Of a DNA stretch of 30,620 nt, positions 7,346-15,939 are shown in pieces. The position numbers and the translations under genes are program-made. The notes below the pieces were generated by a model that had not been told where the DNA came from, did no database searches, and worked only from the letters and a program-made list of their open reading frames with translations. This DNA comes from a virus (taxonomy: Duplodnaviria; Caudoviricetes). Numbering within the stretch: the first letter of the stretch is position 1; each line of letters starts with the position of its first letter. The stretch spans positions 1 to 30,620 of IMG/VR virus record IMGVR_UViG_3300031802_000008, one strand, 5' to 3'.

Positions 7346-10033
7346 CTACCGCAACCTCATCCCCTGCATTTCTGCCTCCCTCCAAATCATCCGCGCCAAC
7401 TCTTGCAACCTACCCCGATCACGGGGCAGCGCCCCACCGTCCCCGCTGATGCTAATATTAATTGCAGTACTTCGACCAATCGGCTCCAGTTTAGATGATG
7501 CGCCGCCCATCCCTTTAACCGCCCCAGACGGCGCGAAACGGGCGGGGGGAATATTGTAATCGGTGCGGTCCCAGTCAAAGTTCATCCAGTCTTTTTGCAT
7601 GCCATCCACAAAATCGTCCCAGACTTGCTGGGCCTCGTCCACATCCGCGCCAAAGTTGAACATTTGCATGTCCCACCACCTAGAGAAAAGCGGTCCCGCA
7701 CCCGCGAAGTCGCCCTCCATTAGCTTTTTCATCGCTTGGATAAATATATTCATTCCCTCTAAAAACAATTGCGTCCATTTTAAACTACTCTTAACGAACG
7801 CGATTACAGAGTCCCCCATAATCTGAAAAGTCATTGCGAAAAATCTACCCCAGTCCGACATGCCCCCCACCGCATCATCCCCCCCAAAAGCCACCTTTAA
7901 GGCGTTCATTATCCCTTCGATGCTCTCTTTCATATGTTCCATATCCCTTGCCCACCTCCCCTGCCGCTTTGGCGCATCCTCCTCCAATTGTATTGAAAAA
8001 CCTGAAAAAAATTCTTCAAATGCCGATGTCCACTTATGCAAATCCGGCTCATTCTTTTGAAGCCAAGCGTTCATGTCGGTATACATCTGCACCAGCTCCG
8101 GTTTTATAACTGCCCACAGACCCTTCGCCCACGTTGTAAACTGATCCCACTTTGTCTTCAAGTTCTCGAGAAGTCCTTTCCGCTTTTCTTCGTCAGTCAC
8201 CCAACTCGTCAGTTCCGCCCATGCGGCGCTCAGCCCCGGTTTTATATTTAAAACCCACACATCCTTCGCCCACTTTTTAAACTGATCCCACTTTGTCTTC
8301 AAGTTCTCGAAAAGTACTTTCCGCTTTTCTTCGTCAGTCACCCAACTCGTCAGTTCCGCCCATGCGTCGCTCAGCCCCGGTTTTATAACTGCCCACAGAC
8401 CCTTCGCCCACGTTGTAAACTGATCCCACTTTGTCCCCAAGTTCTCGAGAAGTACTTTTCGCTTTTCTTCGTCAGTCACCCAACTCGTCAGTTCCGCCCA
8501 TGCGGCGCTCAGCCCCGGTTTTATATTTAAAACCCACACATCCTTCGCCCACTCTTTAAACTGATCCCACTTTGTCCCCAAGTTCTCGAGAAGTACTTTT
8601 CGCTTTTCTTCGTCAGTCACCCAACTCGTCAGTTCCGCCCATGCGTCGCTCAGCCCCGGCTTCATAACTGCCCACACACCCTGCGCCCACTCTTTAAACT
8701 GATCCCACTTTGTCCCCAAGTTCTCGAGAAGTACTTTTCGCTTTTCTTCGTCAGTCACCCAACTCGTCAGTCCCTTCCACGCATCGCTCAGGCCCGGCTT
8801 TATATGTTTACTCCAAATTTCTTTTGCCCAGCCCATAAATACGCCGCCCAACTTCCCCAAGTTCTCGAGAAGTACTTTTCGCTTTTCTGCGTCAGTCGCC
8901 CAACTCGTCAGTCCCTTCCACGCGTCGCTCAGGCCCGGCTTTATATGTTTACTCCAAATTTCTTTTGCCCAGCCCATAAATACGCCGCCCAACTTCTGCA
9001 AAGCCCCCGCAATCACCTTCACTATACCCGAAAACCCGTCCTCCTTTTGCGCCAGAGCCAACTGAGTAAACAGCCCCCCTAAGGCCTCCTTTAGGGGTCT
9101 CCCTACCCTGATCAACGTCTTGCCCAAATCCTTTAAACTTTTCACCATCGCCCCAATTCGCGCACCCACCGCAGGGCTGGCAATAAAACTTATAATCCGC
9201 GAAAAGTGCTCCACCAGCACAGGCCCGATTGTACGCGCCGCGTCACGCATTTGTGCCAAAAGCGGAGTCATCACAGGCAATAGCCGCTGGCCGATGTTCT
9301 GCCAGGTCTCTTTCAACACAGCCTGCAGGTCACGCATAGTGTTCGCCCAGCTTGCGCTTGTGCGACTAGCGTCTCCCTGAGCGTCCGTCGTCCCCTCCAT
9401 AATCAAATTCAGTCGCGCCATAACTTTTTGTTGTTCTGTAGCCGCCTTAGCCCCCCCGTCAAAGCCCATCTCGAGCAAAGTTTGGTCCAGCGCCGCTTGC
9501 GTAATAATCACCCCATACTTGCGCATCGTTTCATGGTTGCCGACCAACGCGCTCTGCAAATCCCGCACCACATCCGGCTCCATAGAGTCATTAAACGACG
9601 CCATATCAACCGCCAACTCAGTTAACTCAGTTGACAATCCCGCCGCCTCACCCCGCGCAAAGCCCAGGGGTACAAACGTGTCTTGGAAGGTCGCTGCAAA
9701 GCCCCGCAACTCATTTTTATTCCGCCCGACCGACTTCCCCAGCACGTCCAACTCTCCCGCGGCCTGATCAGCAAAGTCCCCAAACACCACATTGAACTTG
9801 CCCATCATCTCCTCGACCTCGGACCCTGCCGAAAGCGCGCCACCCATAGCCGTGCCCAGCCCCAGAAAAGCCCCGGCCGCCACCGCCACAGACTTTACAG
9901 CAAACGCGGACACCCCCCCCGCGGCCCGACCAAAAAGGCCAAGCTTTTTTTCGACGCCAGACATACCTTTCTCAAAATGATCGGTATCGGCCCCTACTCT
10001 CACCATTACATTGGCAACCTCTTGACCAAACAT
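7346..10033 (-). CDS. Tail tape measure protein
   Basis: 895 aa; VANVMVRVGADT N-terminus; DLQSALVGNHETMRKYGV core; Trp-periodic helical repeats; follows the frameshifted chaperone. Confidence 0.93.
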   Translation of the reverse strand: MFGQEVANVMVRVGADTDHFEKGMSGVEKKLGLFGRAAGGVSAFAVKSVAVAAGAFLGLGTAMGGALSAGSEVEEMMGKFNVVFGDFADQAAGELDVLGKSVGRNKNELRGFAATFQDTFVPLGFARGEAAGLSTELTELAVDMASFNDSMEPDVVRDLQSALVGNHETMRKYGVIITQAALDQTLLEMGFDGGAKAATEQQKVMARLNLIMEGTTDAQGDASRTSASWANTMRDLQAVLKETWQNIGQRLLPVMTPLLAQMRDAARTIGPVLVEHFSRIISFIASPAVGARIGAMVKSLKDLGKTLIRVGRPLKEALGGLFTQLALAQKEDGFSGIVKVIAGALQKLGGVFMGWAKEIWSKHIKPGLSDAWKGLTSWATDAEKRKVLLENLGKLGGVFMGWAKEIWSKHIKPGLSDAWKGLTSWVTDEEKRKVLLENLGTKWDQFKEWAQGVWAVMKPGLSDAWAELTSWVTDEEKRKVLLENLGTKWDQFKEWAKDVWVLNIKPGLSAAWAELTSWVTDEEKRKVLLENLGTKWDQFTTWAKGLWAVIKPGLSDAWAELTSWVTDEEKRKVLFENLKTKWDQFKKWAKDVWVLNIKPGLSAAWAELTSWVTDEEKRKGLLENLKTKWDQFTTWAKGLWAVIKPELVQMYTDMNAWLQKNEPDLHKWTSAFEEFFSGFSIQLEEDAPKRQGRWARDMEHMKESIEGIMNALKVAFGGDDAVGGMSDWGRFFAMTFQIMGDSVIAFVKSSLKWTQLFLEGMNIFIQAMKKLMEGDFAGAGPLFSRWWDMQMFNFGADVDEAQQVWDDFVDGMQKDWMNFDWDRTDYNIPPARFAPSGAVKGMGGASSKLEPIGRSTAINISISGDGGALPRDRGRLQELARMIWREAEMQGMRLR
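8097..8994. repeat. Tape-measure tandem repeats, alternating 141/138 bp (47/46 aa), about 6 units
   Basis: Anchor ctcag(c/g)cccgg at 8229, 8370, 8508, 8649, 8787, 8928. Confidence 0.9.
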
Positions 10034-10245
10034 TAGCCCGACCTCCCTGCCCTTTTCCTATTCTGCTGCTCGATCCGTGCCCGCGCCTGAAAGAATCGCG
10101 CCCACAACGCGAATTCCAGACTGTCCATCCGCTGCAACAACTCCCGCACCGTATAGCCCAGCCGCTCCGCCAACTCAAACATTATGTAATTCTCGGTCGC
10201 CTCCATATCGCTACCCTCGCCTGGCGTTAAGAGCCAGGCCCAACT
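10033..10245 (-). CDS. Tail assembly chaperone frameshift extension (gpGT-like, -1 frame)
   Basis: -1 frame reads SWAWLLTPGEGSDMEATENYIMFELAERLGYTVRELLQRMDSLEFALWARFF...GRSG*, with TAA overlapping the tape-measure ATG; not in the ORF track. Confidence 0.8.
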   Translation of the reverse strand, partial: SWAWLLTPGEGSDMEATENYIMFELAERLGYTVRELLQRMDSLEFALWARFFQARARIEQQNRKRAGRSG

Positions 10246-10252
10246 TTTTTTT
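10219..10252 (-). promoter_or_regulatory. Programmed -1 frameshift signal
   Basis: mRNA GAA AAA AAA (A8, plus-strand 10245-10252), then 5 nt later the hairpin GCCTGGC-7nt-GCCAGGC (10219-10239). Confidence 0.8.
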
Positions 10253-10580
10253 CAAAGTTTTCACCCATCCCGCTGGCGCCCATAATTTTCAACGTGATCA
10301 TATCCACCAGCCCAGGCAGCCCCGCCTTTATCGCCGCTACATCCTTTTCCGACAACCGCGGAGATACCAAACCTTTCAAAAGTAGCTCCGTTTGCATACC
10401 CATATTGTCCACCTCCTCCCCTTTAATATATTTCTTTTGCATCACACCCCGCTCCGCCAAGGTCAACGCTCGAATCCGCACACTCCCCAGCCCCGGGACA
10501 TCGAAATCCTGCTCGGTCACACTCAAAGCTTGCAAGAAATCCTTTTTAGAAATATAAGTCGTCAGCTCATCAGTCTCCAT
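10227..10580 (-). CDS. Tail assembly chaperone (gpG-like)
   Basis: AAGGAG SD; VPGLGSVRIRALTLAER; located between tail tube and tape measure. Confidence 0.85.
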   Translation of the reverse strand: METDELTTYISKKDFLQALSVTEQDFDVPGLGSVRIRALTLAERGVMQKKYIKGEEVDNMGMQTELLLKGLVSPRLSEKDVAAIKAGLPGLVDMITLKIMGASGMGENFEKKVGPGS

Positions 10581-10765
10581 AATCTCTCCTTATCAATACT
10601 GTAGAATTTCAGCCTCCATCCACCGCAAATTGAGCACCCGCGCAATCAAAACAGTACCCAAATCCCGCTTTTCAGGTTTGCGTAGTCCCCCAAAAATGGG
10701 AAAGGGCGGAAGGGGGTTCATACCACTGGTTTTCCACATCCATACCCCCCCCCCCTACCCTATTC

Positions 10766-11182
10766 CTATGAAGCTACACCGTAGGTGACTTCCCCCGACA
10801 CCTGAAAATCCCACGACGCATCTGCCTTACCCGTCGCACTGATACCGTCAGTCTGGCCTGTAAAATAAGCTGTGCTAATCCCGTAAAAAAAGGTACCGTC
10901 GACGTATAAACGGAGCTGAATCGGGTCACCGTCCTGCATCGCAACGCGTGCAGCTTCTTGAATCTGATTGCCAACACTCCCGAGTTGGTGGTTACCGCTA
11001 AACGAGCCAGTCGCTGATCGAAGGCTTGGGACGCTGTGCTCCCAAGCGTCGCCAAACGTCGTCACATCGACCGGAGTGTGTGACAAGTTCAGTGACCACT
11101 CCGAAATGTCTTGAATTACCGTTCCAAGTGTGCCAACCGTCCAAACTACGCTACCCAAAGTTCCCGTTAGGCCATGTGCCAT
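10766..11182 (-). CDS. Tail tube protein, paralog 2
   Basis: EWSLNLSHTPVDVTTFGD, SATGSFSG, SWDFQVSGEVT typical of siphophage major tail proteins; AGGAGG SD. Confidence 0.85.
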   Translation of the reverse strand: MAHGLTGTLGSVVWTVGTLGTVIQDISEWSLNLSHTPVDVTTFGDAWEHSVPSLRSATGSFSGNHQLGSVGNQIQEAARVAMQDGDPIQLRLYVDGTFFYGISTAYFTGQTDGISATGKADASWDFQVSGEVTYGVAS

Positions 11183-11229
11183 CTGTCGTGCCTCCTAAAA
11201 GCTATGTATATCGATCCGATAAGTACCGC

Positions 11230-11649
11230 CTACGAAGGCGTGGCGTCTACGTAGGTGACTGCGCCCGACACCTGGAAATCCCACGACGCATCTGCCTTAC
11301 CCGTCGCACTACTACTGTCCGTCTGGCCTGTAAAATAAGCTGTGCTAATGTTGTAATAAAAGTTCGAGTCGACGTATAAACGGAGCGAAAACGCCGACGC
11401 GTCCAGCATCGAATTGCGCACATTATTCTGCATGTCATCGTTGTCCGTACCGTTCATATGGTTACCGCTAAACGAGCCAGTCGCTGATCGAAGACTGGGG
11501 ACACTGTGCTCCCAAGCGTCGCCAAACGTCGTCACATCGACCGGAGTGTGTGACACGTTTAACGACCACTCCGCAATTTCTTCAATTGTGTTGACAGCGT
11601 TAACCGTCCAAACCACCTTGCCCGCTGTTCCACTTAGACCGTGTGCCAT
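11230..11649 (-). CDS. Tail tube protein, paralog 1
   Basis: Same motifs and identical SD region as paralog 2. Confidence 0.85.
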   Translation of the reverse strand: MAHGLSGTAGKVVWTVNAVNTIEEIAEWSLNVSHTPVDVTTFGDAWEHSVPSLRSATGSFSGNHMNGTDNDDMQNNVRNSMLDASAFSLRLYVDSNFYYNISTAYFTGQTDSSSATGKADASWDFQVSGAVTYVDATPS

Positions 11650-11661
11650 CTGTCGTGCCTC

Positions 11662-12048
11662 CTAAGAGCTATGTATGTCTATCCGATAAGTACCGCCTAC
11701 GTGCCAAAATCCATCCGGGTCCCTATACTGCAATTCCCCAATCCGCCTACAGCGCTGCGCTGTATACCCCGTCAGCGTCAACGCCGCGTCCTGCACCAAA
11801 TCATGTGTAGCTGAGTAGACGTCTGCCGCCTCCCCCGGCCAAAGCCGATTGCTCAACACCTTTACGACCCAATCCATTCGACTGCCATTGCTCGTGAACG
11901 TGTATTCTTCCGTACCCGCCTGGAGTTGAAAGACCACATAAGGCGGAGTACTTCCCTGGGGAGCCAGAGAGTTGAAAGCGCCTACAGTCCCCGCGCTCAA
12001 CACCGTATAGAGTGCACTGCCCACCGACATAACAGGATTACCGGCCAT
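11662..12048 (-). CDS. Tail terminator / completion protein (DUF3168-like)
   Basis: APQGSTPPYVVFQ motif; position before the tail tube. Confidence 0.75.
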   Translation of the reverse strand: MAGNPVMSVGSALYTVLSAGTVGAFNSLAPQGSTPPYVVFQLQAGTEEYTFTSNGSRMDWVVKVLSNRLWPGEAADVYSATHDLVQDAALTLTGYTAQRCRRIGELQYRDPDGFWHVGGTYRIDIHSS

Positions 12049-12135
12049 TTTTCACCATCCAGACCAAAACCGCAAAAATAAGCGACACGCCCTCCAATCA
12101 GCCCCTCCCCTACAGTGGGGGAGACTGGCAGAGGA

Positions 12136-12540
12136 TCAATCGACCATCCGCTTAAACTCAGTCGGCACAACCGACCGCGCCCTGCGGAGCGCAGGGATGA
12201 GAAATGGTTGTGCCGCCATAAAGCGGGTACCAAACTCCTGATACACCCCATAGTCCACAGACGGCCCCACATGCGCCACCAGCGCTTCGGTTGGCGTAGG
12301 AATAGCGACCCGCTTCGCCCCACCCGGCACAGGCGGCAATTGATTCGCCTGCCCCGGCATAGCTGTATAAATACTGGCCCGCAGCGCCCCCGTGTCAACC
12401 GGAGCCAACAGCTTTGCAAGCCGTTCCACCGTAAAGGCCACCGCCCCCAGCGCTTCCAACGCATTCTGCCCGCTGCCCTGGATAATAGTGCGCAGCCGCC
12501 GCGTATCTACTACTACATGCGTATTTTTTTTCCGGCTCAC
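12136..12540 (-). CDS. HK97-gp10-like neck / tail-completion protein
   Basis: AKLLAPVDTGALRASI, YGVYQEFGTRFMAAQPFLIPA; GGAGG SD before GTG 12540. Confidence 0.9.
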   Translation of the reverse strand: MSRKKNTHVVVDTRRLRTIIQGSGQNALEALGAVAFTVERLAKLLAPVDTGALRASIYTAMPGQANQLPPVPGGAKRVAIPTPTEALVAHVGPSVDYGVYQEFGTRFMAAQPFLIPALRRARSVVPTEFKRMVD

Positions 12541-12623
12541 TTGCTCGCCTCCATCAAAAACTCCAAAATCCCAGGCCACATTATCCCCGCGCCCAGATAC
12601 AACAGCTCGAAATCAGTCACCAT
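12537..12623 (-). CDS. Unannotated 28-aa hydrophobic peptide
   Basis: MVTDFELLYLGAGIMWPGILEFLMEASK*; GGAGAG SD; GTGA overlap with the next gene. Confidence 0.45.
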   Translation of the reverse strand: MVTDFELLYLGAGIMWPGILEFLMEASK

Positions 12624-12635
12624 AACTCTCCATTA

Positions 12636-12968
12636 TCACAACTCGCCGTGAATTCTACGTATTTTACGAAAAAGTGTCATCTGGCTCCACATTGAGGACG
12701 AAGTTCTTCCAGCAGGATGTGAGCCCGATGGAGATGTCGTTCGTTTCCGAATCGCACTGTTGGGATGATTCCAAAATCCCTCCAACAGTGTGTCATGAGT
12801 AGCTGCGCGGAAATCCGCCACCGTCACAATCCCCAAATCCCGCAATTTCTCCCCCACCACCGGCCCTATGCCCTTCAAACTCTCTACGGGCCTATCATCC
12901 ACGTCTGGCGTCAGAACCTCATCGGCCACCGTTTTCATCCGTTGATCCCACTTCCCGGCATCCGGCAC
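12636..12968 (-). CDS. Helix-hairpin-helix protein, copy 2 (lacks the N-terminus of copy 1)
   Basis: VESLKGIGPVVGEKLRDLGIVTVADF; paralog of 13005-13466 with several synonymous changes. Confidence 0.6.
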   Translation of the reverse strand: MPDAGKWDQRMKTVADEVLTPDVDDRPVESLKGIGPVVGEKLRDLGIVTVADFRAATHDTLLEGFWNHPNSAIRKRTTSPSGSHPAGRTSSSMWSQMTLFRKIRRIHGEL

Positions 12969-13004
12969 AATCTTCTCCCCCCCCCCCGTATCCTGGAACG
13001 GATA

Positions 13005-13466
13005 TCACAACTCGCGATGAATCTTGCGTATTTTACGAAAAAGTGTCCACTGTCTCGACATTAATGACGAAGTGCTCTCCGCAGGATGTGAGCCCGATGG
13101 AGATGTCGTTCGTTTCCAAATTTCAGTGTTGGGAGAATTTCGGAAACCCTCCAACAGCGCATCATGGGGGAACGCACGAAAATCCGCCACCGTCGCAATC
13201 CCCAAACTTCGCAATCTCTGCCCCAACATCGGCCCTATGCCCTTCAAACTCTCTACAGGCCTATCATCCGCGTCTGGCGTCAGAACCTCATCGGCCACCG
13301 TTTTCATCCTATGATCCCACTCCCCGGCATCCGGCACAATCTTCTCTCCCCCCCCCGTATCCTGGAACGTATCAAGTGTCCACCCCTCATCAATCAACTT
13401 TCTTATATGTCCGCGCTCCCCATCGTGTACAAAAGCTGTCTTTTTTCCGTTTCGGAAAGTTGCCAT
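13005..13466 (-). CDS. Helix-hairpin-helix protein, copy 1
   Basis: VESLKGIGPMLGQRLRSLGIATVADF HhH motif; abuts the glycosyltransferase stop. Confidence 0.75.
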   Translation of the reverse strand: MATFRNGKKTAFVHDGERGHIRKLIDEGWTLDTFQDTGGGEKIVPDAGEWDHRMKTVADEVLTPDADDRPVESLKGIGPMLGQRLRSLGIATVADFRAFPHDALLEGFRNSPNTEIWKRTTSPSGSHPAESTSSLMSRQWTLFRKIRKIHREL

Positions 13467-14825
13467 CTATGCCACCACCTTGACGATCTCGTTTCGGCTG
13501 TTGTCCGATACTTGTAACCGCGGCTGCCGCACCTCCGGCAACTTCTCTAAAGACTTCGGCAGCGGACCGGTCCTCTTTACCTTTGCGCCGTCCACAACTC
13601 CGCTGTTTTCCTTGGGTGGCAACTCTCCCGCCAGCCGCGCAAGTAACGGCTTCCACTGCTCTCGAACAATCGTGTCCCAAGAATACTCCTCGTGGATCGC
13701 ATTCTGCGTTCTAATCCGCTGGGTTCTTGGCCAGCGTTTCCCGTTATCGTGCCACTCGCTATAAAGCTCCTCGAGCGCCTGGGTTATCCCCACACAGTCC
13801 GGCCAAGCGCACCAACTCCCCTGTTGTGTCCAAACCTTGTCCAATGGCGGCACTACATAGCCCGAGCGCACAAGCTCCGGCATAGCCGAGAACCCCGTCG
13901 TCACTACCGGTGTCCCACAGCCCTGGGCCTCAATCAGCGGAATACCAAACCCCTCAGCCATCGACGCCCCCAGGTAAACATCCGCGGCATTGTAGACGCG
14001 GGCCATATCTTGCTCGTGTAGCCCCAAAAAATTGCTGTAACCATTAGGGAAAGCAACTTTTTCCTGAATCCCCAGCGCCTTACACAACCCCCGCAGGTCA
14101 ATCCCGCCATACACCATGCTGGGCTCTGTATGCACGTAAAGCCTGGCCCCCGGCAAGTCTTCCGCAAAAGCCGCCCAGGCCCGCAGTTGCACCTGGAACG
14201 CCTTTCTGTCGGGGTAACCTTTATTTGCCCCTACCATCACCGTCAAATGATCACAGCCGTCGCCAAACCGCTCCCGCTTAAAAGTCTGTATTGCCGCTTC
14301 GCTCTCATTTACCCGGTAAACCTCCGTCTCGATACCGTGGGGAATGTAAAGATTTTCAACTCCCGCCTTATTTAAAAGATCGCGCCCCCATTTAGAATAC
14401 GTCAACGGCAAATGAGCGCCCTTCAAACACTCCAACACTTTTGGCGGCACAGGGTCGTGATCAATCGGACACCATGGACACCACAATGCGGGCGCAACCT
14501 TTTCAGCGGCATCTTTCATGACCCACACATCAACCAACGAAATAACCACATTCGCCCCAAAGTGGTGTGTGTGGCCCTTGATCACATCCATCCCATAAGG
14601 GTCGTTGCCACTGGGATACACGCGAAACCCGTCTACATCATGTATGCCACCCTGAAGACCGTACCAAGCAAAAACCCCGATATTGCTTCGCCCCCCCACC
14701 ACATCCAAGTCCGCCAGCCGCGGGAGCAAAGACTTGCCCTGCACCCCGTAGCCACTCGACGCCCACGGCGCATTGGAACTGTACAGAATCTTCAACGTCC
14801 CGTCCATCGTCATCGTCTGGATCAT
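13467..14825 (-). CDS. Glycosyltransferase, GT-B fold (family 4-like)
   Basis: KILYSSNAPWASSGYG N-terminus; YIPHGIE; VYNAADVY..SMAEGFGIPLIEAQGCGTPVV (EX7E motif). Confidence 0.93.
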   Translation of the reverse strand: MIQTMTMDGTLKILYSSNAPWASSGYGVQGKSLLPRLADLDVVGGRSNIGVFAWYGLQGGIHDVDGFRVYPSGNDPYGMDVIKGHTHHFGANVVISLVDVWVMKDAAEKVAPALWCPWCPIDHDPVPPKVLECLKGAHLPLTYSKWGRDLLNKAGVENLYIPHGIETEVYRVNESEAAIQTFKRERFGDGCDHLTVMVGANKGYPDRKAFQVQLRAWAAFAEDLPGARLYVHTEPSMVYGGIDLRGLCKALGIQEKVAFPNGYSNFLGLHEQDMARVYNAADVYLGASMAEGFGIPLIEAQGCGTPVVTTGFSAMPELVRSGYVVPPLDKVWTQQGSWCAWPDCVGITQALEELYSEWHDNGKRWPRTQRIRTQNAIHEEYSWDTIVREQWKPLLARLAGELPPKENSGVVDGAKVKRTGPLPKSLEKLPEVRQPRLQVSDNSRNEIVKVVA

Positions 14826-14831
14826 CGTTCC

Positions 14832-15218
14832 CTATACCCTAGTTTCCTCGTTAAGTGCTACGCATTCGGCGCGCACAGCCGTCAAGTAATCCTTATCATT
14901 ATTGACCGCCGAAACCTCGAAATGGCGGTCCGCCACTAACAACCTATCTAACGCCAACACATCGGTATCATGCGGCATAGTCGCCCACCAACGCGTAGTG
15001 CTCAACACCTGACCGCCCGCCACATCCTCCGCACTCTGCAACGGCTCCTGCATCAACCGACAATCTACAGTGCCCACAGTCGCCCAGGTCTCACTAAACC
15101 CCCCCATACCATCCGCCAGCGTGGTATACCGCTCGACCACGGCCGTTCCCGGCAACGCTTTACCCTGCGTCGTCCGCATCCAACCCAAATCCGCCGTAGA
15201 AACCAACTCAGAAGCCAT
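14832..15218 (-). CDS. Head closure / head-tail adaptor (SPP1 gp16-like)
   Basis: DGMGGFSETWATVGTVDCR, DVLALDRL, FEVSAV motifs. Confidence 0.85.
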   Translation of the reverse strand: MASELVSTADLGWMRTTQGKALPGTAVVERYTTLADGMGGFSETWATVGTVDCRLMQEPLQSAEDVAGGQVLSTTRWWATMPHDTDVLALDRLLVADRHFEVSAVNNDKDYLTAVRAECVALNEETRV

Positions 15219-15289
15219 ATCTCACAACTCCGCTCTTTTCCGTGTCCCTCAGAAGCCATATCTCACAACTCCGCTCTTTTCCGTGTCCC
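15207..15289. repeat. 41-bp exact tandem duplication of RBS plus start codon
   Basis: ctcagaagccatatctcacaactccgctcttttccgtgtcc at 15207 and 15248. Confidence 0.92.
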
Positions 15290-15297
15290 AAAAATCC

Positions 15298-15891
15298 CTA
15301 CCACTCGCTCAAATCCAAATCAGCCCGGACAAATGCCCGCACATTCGCCCTGGCCCGGCTTCGGTATATCCTGGCTTGCCGCCCGTACTGCTCTACCATC
15401 TGGGACACCTTGAATTGTGCCCCGTCCGCCGCAAAATCAAACCGATCACTTACATGCGCCGCCTTTGTGTCCCACAAGTCCGCTGCCGCCGCGTTCAAAT
15501 CAAACGATCGCCCCGTCAAATAATACGCCGTGCCGCCCGTCGTTTCGGCAAAGGTCACTCGTCCATTATCATAATCTGCGGTCCAATCAGCCGCCCCCGC
15601 GCGAGTTCCCGTAGAGTCCCGCAACAAAAAGATTGCCGTGCCCCCGTCCGTAGTCTCAAAAACCCCATACTGGCTCTCATAATCAAACCAGACCGCCGTA
15701 CCACTTGCGTCCACTTCCCGCGCCGCCGTCAGATGCTCGTCCCGCACATCCATCGAACGGCGGTCCAAAACGATCTGCAATTGCTCATCCGACCACCACG
15801 TTTCGCCCGCCAGGGTATAGTCAACCGTTCCTGCCGCCCCCAACCGCCGCAAGGCCAAAATTGTATCCGCCATCGTCGCCCGTGCTGCCAT
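15298..15891 (-). CDS. Head-tail connector-like protein
   Basis: WSDEQLQIVLD, FDLNAAAADLW..KAA; position after the capsid genes. Confidence 0.7.
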   Translation of the reverse strand: MAARATMADTILALRRLGAAGTVDYTLAGETWWSDEQLQIVLDRRSMDVRDEHLTAAREVDASGTAVWFDYESQYGVFETTDGGTAIFLLRDSTGTRAGAADWTADYDNGRVTFAETTGGTAYYLTGRSFDLNAAAADLWDTKAAHVSDRFDFAADGAQFKVSQMVEQYGRQARIYRSRARANVRAFVRADLDLSEW

Positions 15892-15939
15892 CGCTTCCGC
15901 TCCCTCAGTACCGATAAGTTCTCATTATCACGACTGCCC

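Noticed and set aside
10593-10744. Small minus-strand ORFs (23 and 42 aa) between tube 2 and the chaperone
   Set aside because: No convincing SD or motif; they run through the REP-like palindrome
12636-13466. DGR template/variable repeat pair (also considered for the tail tubes)
   Set aside because: Differences are not restricted to adenines and no reverse transcriptase is present in the window
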